NCBI GenBank assembly: GCA_964057225.1
Contig: OZ059894.1
Coordinates: 3,844,001 to 3,908,000 of the forward strand
Direction of reading: 5' to 3'
DNA length: 64,000 nucleotides
From: Auanema rhodensis
Taxonomy: Eukaryota > Animalia > Nematoda
Shown: piece by piece, positions 1-12,170 of the stretch
Layout: each line of letters starts with the position of its first letter
How positions within the stretch are numbered: position 1 is the stretch's first letter
Program-made: the position numbers and the translations under genes
Notes under the pieces: generated by a model
Databases searched by the model: none
What the model was told of the DNA's origin: nothing
Seen by the model: the letters and a program-made list of their open reading frames with translations, nothing else

Positions 1-26
1 TTTTTGTCAAAATGTTTTTGGAAGCA

Positions 27-54
27 ATGTTGAGTGTACATGGAAACTCAACAT
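27..54. repeat. Inverted repeat 1 of the monomer (9-bp perfect stem, 10-nt loop); present in every monomer
   Basis: ATGTTGAGT (27-35) and ACTCAACAT (46-54) are exact reverse complements. Confidence 0.95.
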
Positions 55-137
55 ACACTAATGCATCATTTTTCAAACGATCATAACTAATTTTTGTATT
101 AAGCGTTTCTCAATGTAGTATAGTGCATTCGATGCGG

Positions 138-188
138 ATTTTTAAGCTGCGTCGATCTGTTTTATCAGATTTGCGCAAGCTTAAAAAT
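138..188. repeat. Inverted repeat 2 of the monomer (51-nt imperfect hairpin); present in every monomer
   Basis: ATTTTTAAGCT (138-148)/AGCTTAAAAAT (178-188) form a perfect 11-bp stem. It continues with GCG/CGC (149-151/174-176) and ATCTG/CAGAT (155-159/166-170) around a 6-nt loop. Confidence 0.95.
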
Positions 189-205
189 GCACCGAGATAT
201 CAACT

Positions 206-227
206 GATATAAGTTCACACTTATATC
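206..227. repeat. Inverted repeat 3 of the monomer (9-bp perfect stem, 4-nt loop); present in every monomer
   Basis: GATATAAGT (206-214) TCAC ACTTATATC (219-227), flanked by CGAG (193-196)/CTCG (228-231). Confidence 0.95.
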
Positions 228-301
228 CTCGATTTTCACCCTGAAGAATTAATTTTTTCGTTGAATAACAATGTCCATCGTCTTCGCCTTAAAAAAAGGT
301 A

Positions 302-373
302 TCTAAAAACATCTACTTTTTGCTAAATTATTTTGAAATTTTTCGAAAAAATTTTTGTCAAAATGTTTTTGGA
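302..373. repeat. Inverted repeat 4: nested quasi-palindrome centred on TTTTTCGAAAAA; present once per period
   Basis: A perfect 12-bp palindrome lies at 339-350, with ATTTTGA (330-336)/TCAAAAT (358-364) outside it. The outer pair TCTAAAAACAT (302-312)/ATGTTTTTGGA (363-373) has one G-T mismatch. Confidence 0.9.
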
Positions 374-570
374 AGCAATGTTGAGTGTACATGGAAACTC
401 AACATACACTAATGCATCATTTTTCAAACGATCATAACTAATTTTTGTATTAAGCGTTTCTCAATGTAGTATAGTGCATTCGATGCGGATTTTTAAGCTG
501 CGTCGATCTGTTTTATCAGATTTGCGCTAGCTTAAAAATGCACCGAGATATCAACTGATATAAGTTCACA

Positions 571-3500
571 GTTATATCCTCGATTTTCACCCTGAAGAAT
601 TAATTTTTTCGTTGAATAACAATGTCCATCGTCTTCGCCTTAAAAAAAGGTATCTAAAAACATCTACTTTTTGCTAAATTATTTTGAAATTTTTCGAAAA
701 AATTTTTGTCAAAATGTTTTTGGAAGCAATGTTGAGTGTACATGGAAACTCAACATACACTAATGCATCATTTTTCAAACGATCATAACTAATTTTTGTA
801 TTAAGCGTTTCTCAATGTAGTATAGTGCATTCGATGCGGATTTTTAAGCTGCGTCGATCTGTTTTATCAGATTTGCGCTAGCTTAAAAATGCACCGAGAT
901 ATCAACTGATATAAGTTCACACTTATATCCTCGATTTTCACCCTGAAGAATTAATTTTTTCGTTGAATAACAATGTCCATCGTCTTCGCCTTAAAAAAAG
1001 GTATCTAAAAACATCTACTTTTTGCTAAATTATTTTGAAATTTTTCGAAAAAACTTTTGTCAAAATGTTTTTGGAAGCAATGTTGAGTGTACATGGAAAC
1101 TCAACATACACTAATGCATCATTTTTCAAACGATCATAACTAATTTTTGTATTAAGCGTTTCTCAATGTAGTATAGTGCATTCGATGCGGATTTTTAAGC
1201 TGCGTCGATCTGTTTTATCAGATTTGCGCTAGCTTAAAAATGCACCGAGATATCAACTGATATAAGTTCACACTTATATCCTCGATTTTCACCCTGAAGA
1301 ATTAATTTTTTCGTTGAATAACAATGTCCATCGTCTTCGCCTTAAAAAAAGGTATCTAAAAACATCTACTTTTTGCTAAATTATTTTGAAATTTTTCGAA
1401 AAAATTTTTGTCAAAATGTTTTTGGAAGCAATGTTGAGTGTACATGGAAACTCAACATACACTAATGCATCATTTTTCAAACGATCATAACTAATTTTTG
1501 TATTAAGCGTTTCTCAATGTAGTATAGTGCATTCGATGCGGATTTTTAAGCTGCGTCGATCTGTTTTATCAGATTTGCGCTAGCTTAAAAATGCACCGAG
1601 ATATCAACTGATATAAGTTCACACTTATATCCTCGATTTTCACCCTGAAGAATTAATTTTTTCGTTGAATAACAATGTCCATCGTCTTCGCCTTAAAAAA
1701 AGGTATCTAAAAACATCTACTTTTTGCTAAATTATTTTGAAATTTTTCGAAAAAATTTTTGTCAAAATGTTTTTGGAAGCAATGTTGAGTGTACATGGAA
1801 ACTCAACATACACTAATGCATCATTTTTCAAACGATCATAACTAATTTTTGTATTAAGCGTTTCTCAATGTAGTATAGTGCATTCGATGCGGATTTTTAA
1901 GCTGCGTCGATCTGTTTTATCAGATTTGCGCTAGCTTAAAAATGCACCGAGATATCAACTGATATAAGTTCACACTTATATCCTCGATTTTCACCCTGAA
2001 GAATTAATTTTTTCGTTGAATCACATCGTCCATCGTCTTTGCCTTGAAAAAAGGAATCTAAAAACATCTACTTTTTGCTAAATTATTTTGAAATTTTTCG
2101 AAAAAATTTTTGTCAAAATGTTTTTGGAAGCAATGTTGAGTGTACATGGAAACTCAACATACACTAATGCATCATTTTTCAAACGATCATAACTAATTTT
2201 TGTATCAAGCGTTTCTCAATGTAGTTTAGTGCATTCGATGCGGATTTTTAAGCTGCGTCGATCTGTGTTATCAGATGTGCGCTAGCTTAAAAATGCACCG
2301 AGATATCAACTGATATAAGTTCACAGTTATATCCTCGATTTTCACCCTGAAGAATTAATTTTTTCGTTGAATAACAATGTCCATCGTCTTCGCCTTAAAA
2401 AAAGGTATCTAAAAACATCTACTTTTTGCTAAATTATTTTGAAATTTTTCGAAAAAATTTTTGTCAAAATGTTTTTGGAAGCAATGTTGAGTGTACATGG
2501 AAACTCAACATACACTAATGCATCATTTTTCAAACGATCATAACTAATTTTTGTATTAAGCGTTTCTCAATGTAGTATAGTGCATTCGATGCGGATTTTT
2601 AAGCTGCGTCGATCTGTTTTATCAGATTTGCGCTAGCTTAAAAATGCACCGAGATATCAACTGATATAAGTTCACACTTATATCCTCGATTTTCACCCTG
2701 AAGAATTAATTTTTTCGTTGAATAACAATGTCCATCGTCTTCGCCTTAAAAAAAGGTATCTAAAAACATCTACTTTTTGCTAAATTATTTTGAAATTTTT
2801 CGAAAAAACTTTTGTCAAAATGTTTTTGGAAGCAATGTTGAGTGTACATGGAAACTCAACATACACTAATGCATCATTTTTCAAACGATCATAACTAATT
2901 TTTGTATTAAGCGTTTCTCAATGTAGTATAGTGCATTCGATGCGGATTTTTAAGCTGCGTCGATCTGTTTTATCAGATTTGCGCTAGCTTAAAAATGCAC
3001 CGAGATATCAACTGATATAAGTTCACACTTATATCCTCGATTTTCACCCTGAAGAATTAATTTTTTCGTTGAATAACAATGTCCATCGTCTTCGCCTTAA
3101 AAAAAGGTATCTAAAAACATCTACTTTTTGCTAAATTATTTTGAAATTTTTCGAAAAAATTTTTGTCAAAATGTTTTTGGAAGCAATGTTGAGTGTACAT
3201 GGAAACTCAACATACACTAATGCATCATTTTTCAAACGATCATAACTAATTTTTGTATTAAGCGTTTCTCAATGTAGTATAGTGCATTCGATGCGGATTT
3301 TTAATCTGCGTCGATCTGTTTTATCAGATTTGCGCTAGCTTAAAAATGCACCGAGATATCAACTGATATAAGTTCACACTTATATCCTCGATTTTCACCC
3401 TGAAGAATTAATTTTTTCGTTGAATAACAATGTCCATCGTCTTCGCCTTAAAAAAAGGTATCTAAAAACATCTACTTTTTGCTAAATTATTTTGAAATTT

Positions 3501-3861
3501 TTCGAAAAAATTTTTGTCAAAATGTTTTTGGAAGCAATGTTGAGTGTACATGGAAACTCAACATACACTAATGCATCATTTTTCAAACGATCATAACTAA
3601 TTTTTGTATTAAGCGTTTCTCAATGTAGTATAGTGCATTCGATGCGGATTTTTAAGCTGCGTCGATCTGTTTTATCAGATTTGCGCTAGCTTAAAAATGC
3701 ACCGAGATATCAACTGATATAAGTTCACACTTATATCCTCGATTTTCACCCTGAAGAATTAATTTTTTCGTTGAATCACATCGTCCATCGTCTTTGCCTT
3801 GAAAAAAGGAATCTAAAAACATCTACTTTTTGCTAAATTATTTTGAAATTTTTCGAAAAAA
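571..3861. repeat. Local 5-monomer (1755-bp) tandem duplication
   Basis: Three rare variants recur at +1755: G at 571/2326, C at 1054/2809, and the GAATCACATCGTC block at ~2021/~3776. Confidence 0.88.
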
Positions 3862-6800
3862 TTTTTGTCAAAATGTTTTTGGAAGCAATGTTGAGTGTAC
3901 ATGGAAACTCAACATACACTAATGCATCATTTTTCAAACGATCATAACTAATTTTTGTATTAAGCGTTTCTCAATGTAGTATAGTGCATTCGATGCGGAT
4001 TTTTAAGCTGCATCGATCTGTGTTATCAGATTTGCGCTAGCTTAAAAATGCACCGAGATATCAACTGATATAAGTTCACACTTATATCCTCGATTTTCAC
4101 CCTGAAGAATTAATTTTTTCGTTGAATAACAATGTCCATCGTCTTCGCCTTAAAAAAAGGTATCTAAAAACATCTACTTTTTGCTAAATTATTTTGAAAT
4201 TTTTCGAAAAAATTTTTGTCAAAATGTTTTTGGAAGCAATGTTGAGTGTACATGGAAACTCAACATACACTAATGCATCATTTTTCAAACGATCATAACT
4301 AATTTTTGTATTAAGCGTTTCTCAATGTAGTATAGTGCATTCGATGCGGATTTTTAAGCTGCGTCGATCTGTTTTATCAGATTTGCGCTAGCTTAAAAAT
4401 GCACCGAGATATCAACTGATATAAGTTCACACTTATATCCTCGATTTTCACCCTGAAGAATTAATTTTTTCGTTGAATCACATCGTCCATCGTCTTTGCC
4501 TTGAAAAAAGGAATCTAAAAACATCTACTTTTTGCTAAATTATTTTGAAATTTTTCGAAAAAATTTTTGTCAAAATGTTTTTGGAAGCAATGTTGAGTGT
4601 ACATGGAAACTCAACATACACTAATGCATCATTTTTCAAACGATCATAACTAATTTTTGTATTAAGCGTTTCTCAATGTAGTATAGTGCATTCGATGCGG
4701 ATTTTTAAGCTGCATCGATCTGTGTTATCAGATTTGCGCTAGCTTAAAAATGCACCGAGATATCAACTGATATAAGTTCACACTTATATCCTCGATTTTC
4801 ACCCTGAAGAATTAATTTTTTCGTTGAATAACAATGTCCATCGTCTTCGCCTTGAAAAAAAAAATCTAAAAACATCTACTTTTTGCTAAATTATTTTGAA
4901 ATTTTTCGAAAAAATTTTTGTCAAAATGTTTTTGGAAGCAATGTTGAGTGTACATGGAAACTCAACATACACTAATTCATCATTTTTCAAACGATCATAA
5001 CTAATTTTTGTATTGAGCGTTTCTCAATGTAGTATAGTGCATTCGATGCGGATTTTTAAGCTGCATCGATCTGTGTTATCAAATTTGCGCTAGCTTAAAA
5101 ATGCACCGAGATATCAACTGATATAAGTTCACACTTATATCCTCGATTTTCACCCTGAAGAATTAATTTTTTCGTTGAATAACAATGTCCATCGTCTTTG
5201 CCTCAAAAAAAGGTATCTAAAAACGTCTACTTTTTGCTAAATTATTTTGAAATTTTTCGAAAAAATTTTTGTCAAAATGTTTTTGGAAGCAATGTTGAGT
5301 GTACATGGAAACTCAACATACACTAATGCATCATTTTTCAAACGATCATAACTAATTTTTGTATTAAGCGTTTCTTAATGTAGTATAGTGCATTCGATGC
5401 GGATTTTTAAGCTGCGTCGATCTGTTTTATCAGATTTGCGCTAGCTTAAAAATGCACCGAGATATCAACTGATATAAGTTCACACTTATATCCTCGATTT
5501 TCACCCTGAAGAATTAATTTTTTCGTTGAATAACAATGTCCATCGTCTTCGCCTTAAAGAAAGGTATCTAAAAACATCTACTTTTTGCTAAATTATTTTG
5601 AAATTTTTCGAAAAAATTTTTGTCAAAATGTTTTTGGAAGCAATGTTGAGTGTACATGGAAACTCAACATACACTAATGCATCATTTTTCAAACGATCAT
5701 AACTAATTTTTGTATTAAGCGTTTCTCAATGTAGTATAGTGCATTCGATGCGGATTTTTAAGCTGCATCGATCTGTGTTATCAGATTTGCGCTAGCTTAA
5801 AAATGCACCGAGATATCAACTGATATAAGTTCACACTTATATCCTCGATTTTCACCCTGAAGAATTAATTTTTTCGTTGAATAACAATGTCCATCATCTT
5901 TGCCTCAAAAAAAGGTATCTAAAAACATCTACTTTTTGCTAAATTATTTTGAAATTTTTCGAAAAAATTTTTGTCAAAATGTTTTTGGAAGCAATGTTGA
6001 GTGTACATGGAAACTCAACATACACTAATGCATCATTTTTCAAACGATCATAACTAATTTTTGTATTAAGCGTTTCTTAATGTAGTATAGTGCATTCGAT
6101 GCGGATTTTTAAGCTGCGTCGATCTGTTTTATCAGATTTGCGCTAGCTTAAAAATGCACCGAGATATCAACTGATATAAGTTCACACTTATATCCTCGAT
6201 TTTCACCCTGAAGAATTAATTTTTTCGTTGAATAACAATGTCCATCGTCTTTGCCTCAAAAAAAGGTATCTAAAAACGTCTACTTTTTGCTAAATTATTT
6301 TGAAATTTTTCGAAAAAATTTTTGTCAAAATGTTTTTGGAAGCAATGTTGAGTGTACATGGAAACTCAACATACACTAATGCATCATTTTTCAAACGATC
6401 ATAACTAATTTTTGTATTGAGCGTTTCTCAATGTAGTATAGTGCATTCGATCCGGATTTTTAAGCTGCGTCGATCTGTGTTATCAGATTTGCGCTAGCTT
6501 AAAAATGCACCGAGATATCAACTGATATAAGTTCACACTTATATCCTCGATTTTCACCCTGAAGAATTAATTTTTTCGTTGAATAACATTGTCCATCGTC
6601 TTTGCCTTGAAAAAAGGAATTTAAAAACATCTACTTTTTGCTAAATTATTTTGAAATTTTTCGAAAAAATTTTTGTCAAAATGTTTTTGGAAGCAATGTT
6701 GAGTGTACATGGAAACTCAACATACACTAATGCATCATTTTTCAAACGATCATAACTAATTTTTGTATCAAGCGTTTCTCAATGTAGTTTAGTGCATTCG

Positions 6801-7499
6801 ATGCGGATTTTTAAGCTGCGTCGATCTGTGTTATCAGATGTGCGCTAGCTTAAAAATGCACCGAGATATCAACTGATATAAGTTCACACTTATATCCTCG
6901 ATTTTCACCCTGAAGGAATAATTTTTTCGTTGAATAACATTGTCCATCGTCTTTGCCTTGAAAAATGAAATCTAAAAACATCTACTTTTTGCTAAATTAT
7001 TTTGAAATTTTTCGAAAAAATTTTTGTCAAAATGTTTTTGGAAGCAATGTTGAGTGTACATGGAAACTCAACATACACTAATGCATCATTTTTCAAACGA
7101 TCATAACTAATTTTTGTATTGAGCGTTTCTCAATGTAGTATAGTGCATTCGATCCGGATTTTTAAGCTGCGTCGATCTGTGTTATCAGATTTGCGCTAGC
7201 TTAAAAATGCACCGAGATATCAACTGATATAAGTTCACACTTATATCCTCGATTTTCACCCTGAAGGAATGATTTTTTCGTTGAATAACATTGTCCATCG
7301 TCTTTGCCATGAAAAAAGGAATCTAAAAACATCTACTTTTTGCTAAATTATTTTGAAATTTTTCGAAAAAATTTTTGTCAAAATGTTTTTGGAAGCAATG
7401 TTGAGTGTACATGGAAACTCAACATACACTAATGCATCATTTTTCAAACGATCATAACTAATTTTTGTATTAAGCGTTTCTCAATGTAGTATAGTGCAT

Positions 7500-10400
7500 T
7501 CGATGCGGATTTTTAAGCTGCGTCGATCTGTGTTATCAGATTTGCGCTAACTTAAAAATGCACCGAGATATCAACTGATATAAGTTCACACTTATATCCT
7601 CGATTTTCACCCTGAAGGAATAATTTTTTCGTTGAATAACATTGTCCATCGTCTTTGCCTTGAAAAATGGAATCTAAAAACATCTACTTTTTGCTAAATT
7701 ATTTTAAAATTTTTCGAAAAAATTTTTGTCAAAATGTTTTTGGAAGCAATGTTGAGTGTACATGGAAACTCAACATACACTAATGCATCATTTTTCAAAC
7801 GATCATAACTAATTTTTGTATCAAGCGTTTCTCAATGTAGTTTAGTGCATTCGATGCGGATTTTTAAGCTGCGTCGATCTGTGTTATCAGATGTGCGCTA
7901 GCTTAAAAATGCACCGAGATATCAACTGATATAAGTTCACACTTATATCCTCGATTTTCACCCTGAAGGAATAATTTTTTCGTTGAATAACATTGTCCAT
8001 CGTCTTTGCCTTGAAAAATGAAATCTAAAAACATCTACTTTTTGCTAAATTATTTTGAAATTTTTCGAAAAAATTTTTGTCAAAATGTTTTTGGAAGCAA
8101 TGTTGAGTGTACATGGAAACTCAACATACACTAATGCATCATTTTTCAAACGATCATAACTAATTTTTGTATTGAGCGTTTCTCAATGTAGTATAGTGCA
8201 TTCGATCCGGATTTTTAAGCTGCGTCGATCTGTGTTATCAGATTTGCGCTAGCTTAAAAATGCACCGAGATATCAACTGATATATGTTCACACTTATATC
8301 CTCGATTTTCACCCTGAAGAATTAATTTTTTCGTTGAATAACATTGTCCATCGTCTTTGCCTTGAAAAAAGGAATTTAAAAACATCTACTTTTTGCTAAA
8401 TTATTTTGAAATTTTTCGAAAAAATTTTTGTCAAAATGTTTTTGGAAGCAATGTTGAGTGTACATGGAAACTCAACATACACTAATGCATCATTTTTCAA
8501 ACGATCATAACTAATTTTTGTATCAAGCGTTTCTCAATGTAGTATAGTGCATTCGATGCGGATTTTTAAGCTGCGTCGATCTGTGTTATCAGATTTGCGC
8601 TAGCTTAAAAATGCACCGAGATATCAACTGATATAAGTTCACACTTATATCCTCGATTTTCACCCTGAAGGAATAATTTTTTCGTTGAATAACATTGTCC
8701 ATCGTCTTTGCCTTGAAAAATGGAATCAAAAAACATCTACTTTTTGCTAAATTATTTTGAAATTTTTCGAAAAAATTTTTGTCAAAATGTTTTTGGAAGT
8801 AATGTTGAGTGTACATGGAAACTCAACATACACTAGTGCATCATTTTTCAAACGATCATAACTAATTTTTGTATTAAGCGTTTCTCAATGTAGTGTAGTG
8901 CATTCGATGCGGATTTTTAAGCTGCGTCGATCTGTGTTATCAGATTTGCGCTAGCTTAAAAATGCACCGAGATATCAACTGATATAAGTTCACACTTATA
9001 TCCTCGATTTTCACCCTGAAGGAATGATTTTTTCGTTGAATAACATTGTCCATCGTCTTTGCCATGAAAAAAGGAATCTAAAAACATCTACTTTTTGCTA
9101 AATTATTTTGAAATTTTTCGAAAAAATTTTTGTCAAAATGTTTTTGGAAGCAATGTTGAGTGTACATGGAAACTCAACATACACTAATGCATCATTTTTC
9201 AAACGATCATAACTAATTTTTGTATTAAGCGTTTCTCAATGTAGTGTAGTGCATTCGATGCGGATTTTTAAGCTGCGTCGATCTGTGTTATCAGATTTGC
9301 GCTAGCTTAAAAATGCACCGAGATATCAACTGATATAAGTTCACACTTATATCCTCGATTTTCACCCTGAAGGAATGATTTTTTCGTTGAATAACATTGT
9401 CCATCGTCTTTGCCATGAAAAAAGGAATCTAAAAACATCTACTTTTTGCTAAATTATTTTGAAATTTTTCGAAAAAATTTTTGTCAAAATGTTTTTGGAA
9501 GCAATGTTGAGTGTACATGGAAACTCAACATACACTAATGCATCATTTTTCAAACGATCATAACTAATTTTTGTATTAAGCGTTTCTCAATGTAGTGTAG
9601 TGCATTCGATGCGGATTTTTAAGCTGCGTCGATCTGTGTTATCAGATTTGCGCTAACTTAAAAATGCACCGAGATATCAACTGATATAAGTTCACACTTA
9701 TATCCTCGATTTTCACCCTGAAGGAATAATTTTTTCGTTGAATAACATTGTCCATCGTCTTTGCCTTGAAAAATGGAATCTAAAAACATCTACTTTTTGC
9801 TAAATTATTTTAAAATTTTTCGAAAAAATTTTTGTCAAAATGTTTTTGGAAGCAATGTTGAGTGTACATGGAAACTCAACATACACTAATGCATCATTTT
9901 TCAAACGATCATAACTAATTTTTGTATCAAGCGTTTCTCAATGTAGTTTAGTGCATTCGATGCGGATTTTTAAGCTGCGTCGATCTGTGTTATCAGATGT
10001 GCGCTAGCTTAAAAATGCACCGAGATATCAACTGATATAAGTTCACACTTATATCCTCGATTTTCACCCTGAAGGAATAATTTTTTCGTTGAATAACATT
10101 GTCCATCGTCTTTGCCTTGAAAAATGAAATCTAAAAACATCTACTTTTTGCTAAATTATTTTGAAATTTTTCGAAAAAATTTTTGTCAAAATGTTTTTGG
10201 AAGCAATGTTGAGTGTACATGGAAACTCAACATACACTAATGCATCATTTTTCAAACGATCATAACTAATTTTTGTATTGAGCGTTTCTCAATGTAGTAT
10301 AGTGCATTCGATCCGGATTTTTAAGCTGCGTCGATCTGTGTTATCAGATTTGCGCTAGCTTAAAAATGCACCGAGATATCAACTGATATATGTTCACACT

Positions 10401-12170
10401 TATATCCTCGATTTTCACCCTGAAGAATTAATTTTTTCGTTGAATAACATTGTCCATCGTCTTTGCCTTGAAAAAAGGAATTTAAAAACATCTACTTTTT
10501 GCTAAATTATTTTGAAATTTTTCGAAAAAATTTTTGTCAAAATGTTTTTGGAAGCAATGTTGAGTGTACATGGAAACTCAACATACACTAATGCATCATT
10601 TTTCAAACGATCATAACTAATTTTTGTATCAAGCGTTTCTCAATGTAGTATAGTGCATTCGATGCGGATTTTTAAGCTGCGTCGATCTGTGTTATCAGAT
10701 TTGCGCTAGCTTAAAAATGCACCGAGATATCAACTGATATAAGTTCACACTTATATCCTCGATTTTCACCCTGAAGGAATAATTTTTTCGTTGAATAACA
10801 TTGTCCATCGTCTTTGCCTTGAAAAATGGAATCAAAAAACATCTACTTTTTGCTAAATTATTTTGAAATTTTTCGAAAAAATTTTTGTCAAAATGTTTTT
10901 GGAAGCAATGTTGAGTGTACATGGAAACTCAACATACACTAGTGCATCATTTTTCAAACGATCATAACTAATTTTTGTATTAAGCGTTTCTCAATGTAGT
11001 GTAGTGCATTCGATGCGGATTTTTAAGCTGCGTCGATCTGTGTTATCAGATTTGCGCTAGCTTAAAAATGCACCGAGATATCAACTGATATAAGTTCACA
11101 CTTATATCCTCGATTTTCACCCTGAAGGAATGATTTTTTCGTTGAATAACATTGTCCATCGTCTTTGCCATGAAAAAAGGAATCTAAAAACATCTACTTT
11201 TTGCTAAATTATTTTGAAATTTTTCGAAAAAATTTTTGTCAAAATGTTTTTGGAAGCAATGTTGAGTGTACATGGAAACTCAACATACACTAATGCATCA
11301 TTTTTCAAACGATCATAACTAATTTTTGTATTAAGCGTTTCTCAATGTAGTGTAGTGCATTCGATGCGGATTTTTAAGCTGCGTCGATCTGTGTTATCAG
11401 ATTTGCGCTAGCTTAAAAATGCACCGAGATATCAACTGATATAAGTTCACACTTATATCCTCGATTTTCACCCTGAAGGAATGATTTTTTCGTTGAATAA
11501 CATTGTCCATCGTCTTTGCCATGAAAAAAGGAATCTAAAAACATCTACTTTTTGCTAAATTATTTTGAAATTTTTCGAAAAAATTTTTGTCAAAATGTTT
11601 TTGGAAGCAATGTTGAGTGTACATGGAAACTCAACATACACTAATGCATCATTTTTCAAACGATCATAACTAATTTTTGTATTAAGCGTTTCTCAATGTA
11701 GTGTAGTGCATTCGATGCGGATTTTTAAGCTGCGTCGATCTGTGTTATCAGATTTGCGCTAACTTAAAAATGCACCGAGATATCAACTGATATAAGTTCA
11801 CACTTATATCCTCGATTTTCACCCTGAAGGAATAATTTTTTCGTTGAATAACATTGTCCATCGTCTTTGCCTTGAAAAATGGAATCTAAAAACATCTACT
11901 TTTTGCTAAATTATTTTAAAATTTTTCGAAAAAATTTTTGTCAAAATGTTTTTGGAAGCAATGTTGAGTGTACATGGAAACTCAACATACACTAATGCAT
12001 CATTTTTCAAACGATCATAACTAATTTTTGTATCAAGCGTTTCTCAATGTAGTTTAGTGCATTCGATGCGGATTTTTAAGCTGCGTCGATCTGTGTTATC
12101 AGATGTGCGCTAGCTTAAAAATGCACCGAGATATCAACTGATATAAGTTCACACTTATATCCTCGATTTT
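7500..12170. repeat. Local 6-monomer (2106-bp) tandem duplication
   Basis: Rare variants recur at +2106: TATATGTT (8285/10391), AATCAAAAA (which opens the ORFs at 8589/10695) and CTAGTGC (8836/10942). Monomer order is identical. Confidence 0.9.

Larger units (their letters stand above)
1..6318. repeat. Satellite variant domain 1 (monomers 1-18)
   Basis: Marked by CTGTTTTATC (pos 161 T), ACAATGTCC (271 A), CTTCGCC and AAAGGTATC (300 T). The last ACAATGTCC is at ~6236 and the last GGTATC at ~6265; I saw neither downstream. Confidence 0.9.

Noticed and set aside
256-272. CENP-B-box-like TTTCGTTGAATAACA
   Set aside because: It matches only the TTCGnnnnA half and lacks the essential CGGG. ATTCGATGCGGA at 127-138 has the wrong spacing.
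1-351. Tandem 5S rRNA, tRNA, snRNA or spliced-leader gene unit; hammerhead ribozyme satellite
   Set aside because: I recognised no 5S, tRNA or SL sequence. CTGATA occurs at 204-209, but I could not build the CUGANGA...GAAA hammerhead core with proper stems. An Rfam/Infernal scan would settle this.
1-351. Assignment to a named satellite (Drosophila 359-bp 1.688, tenebrionid ~350-360-bp satellites)
   Set aside because: Only size and AT content are similar; I cannot recognise sequence identity without a database search.
8589-8816. 75-aa minus-strand ORF (and its copy at 10695-10922)
   Set aside because: It is ordinary satellite sequence in which ATCTAAAA>ATCAAAAA removes a minus-strand TAG. 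The second copy comes from the 2106-bp duplication. The F/K-rich translation reflects A/T tracts, and the frame is closed in ~179 other monomers.
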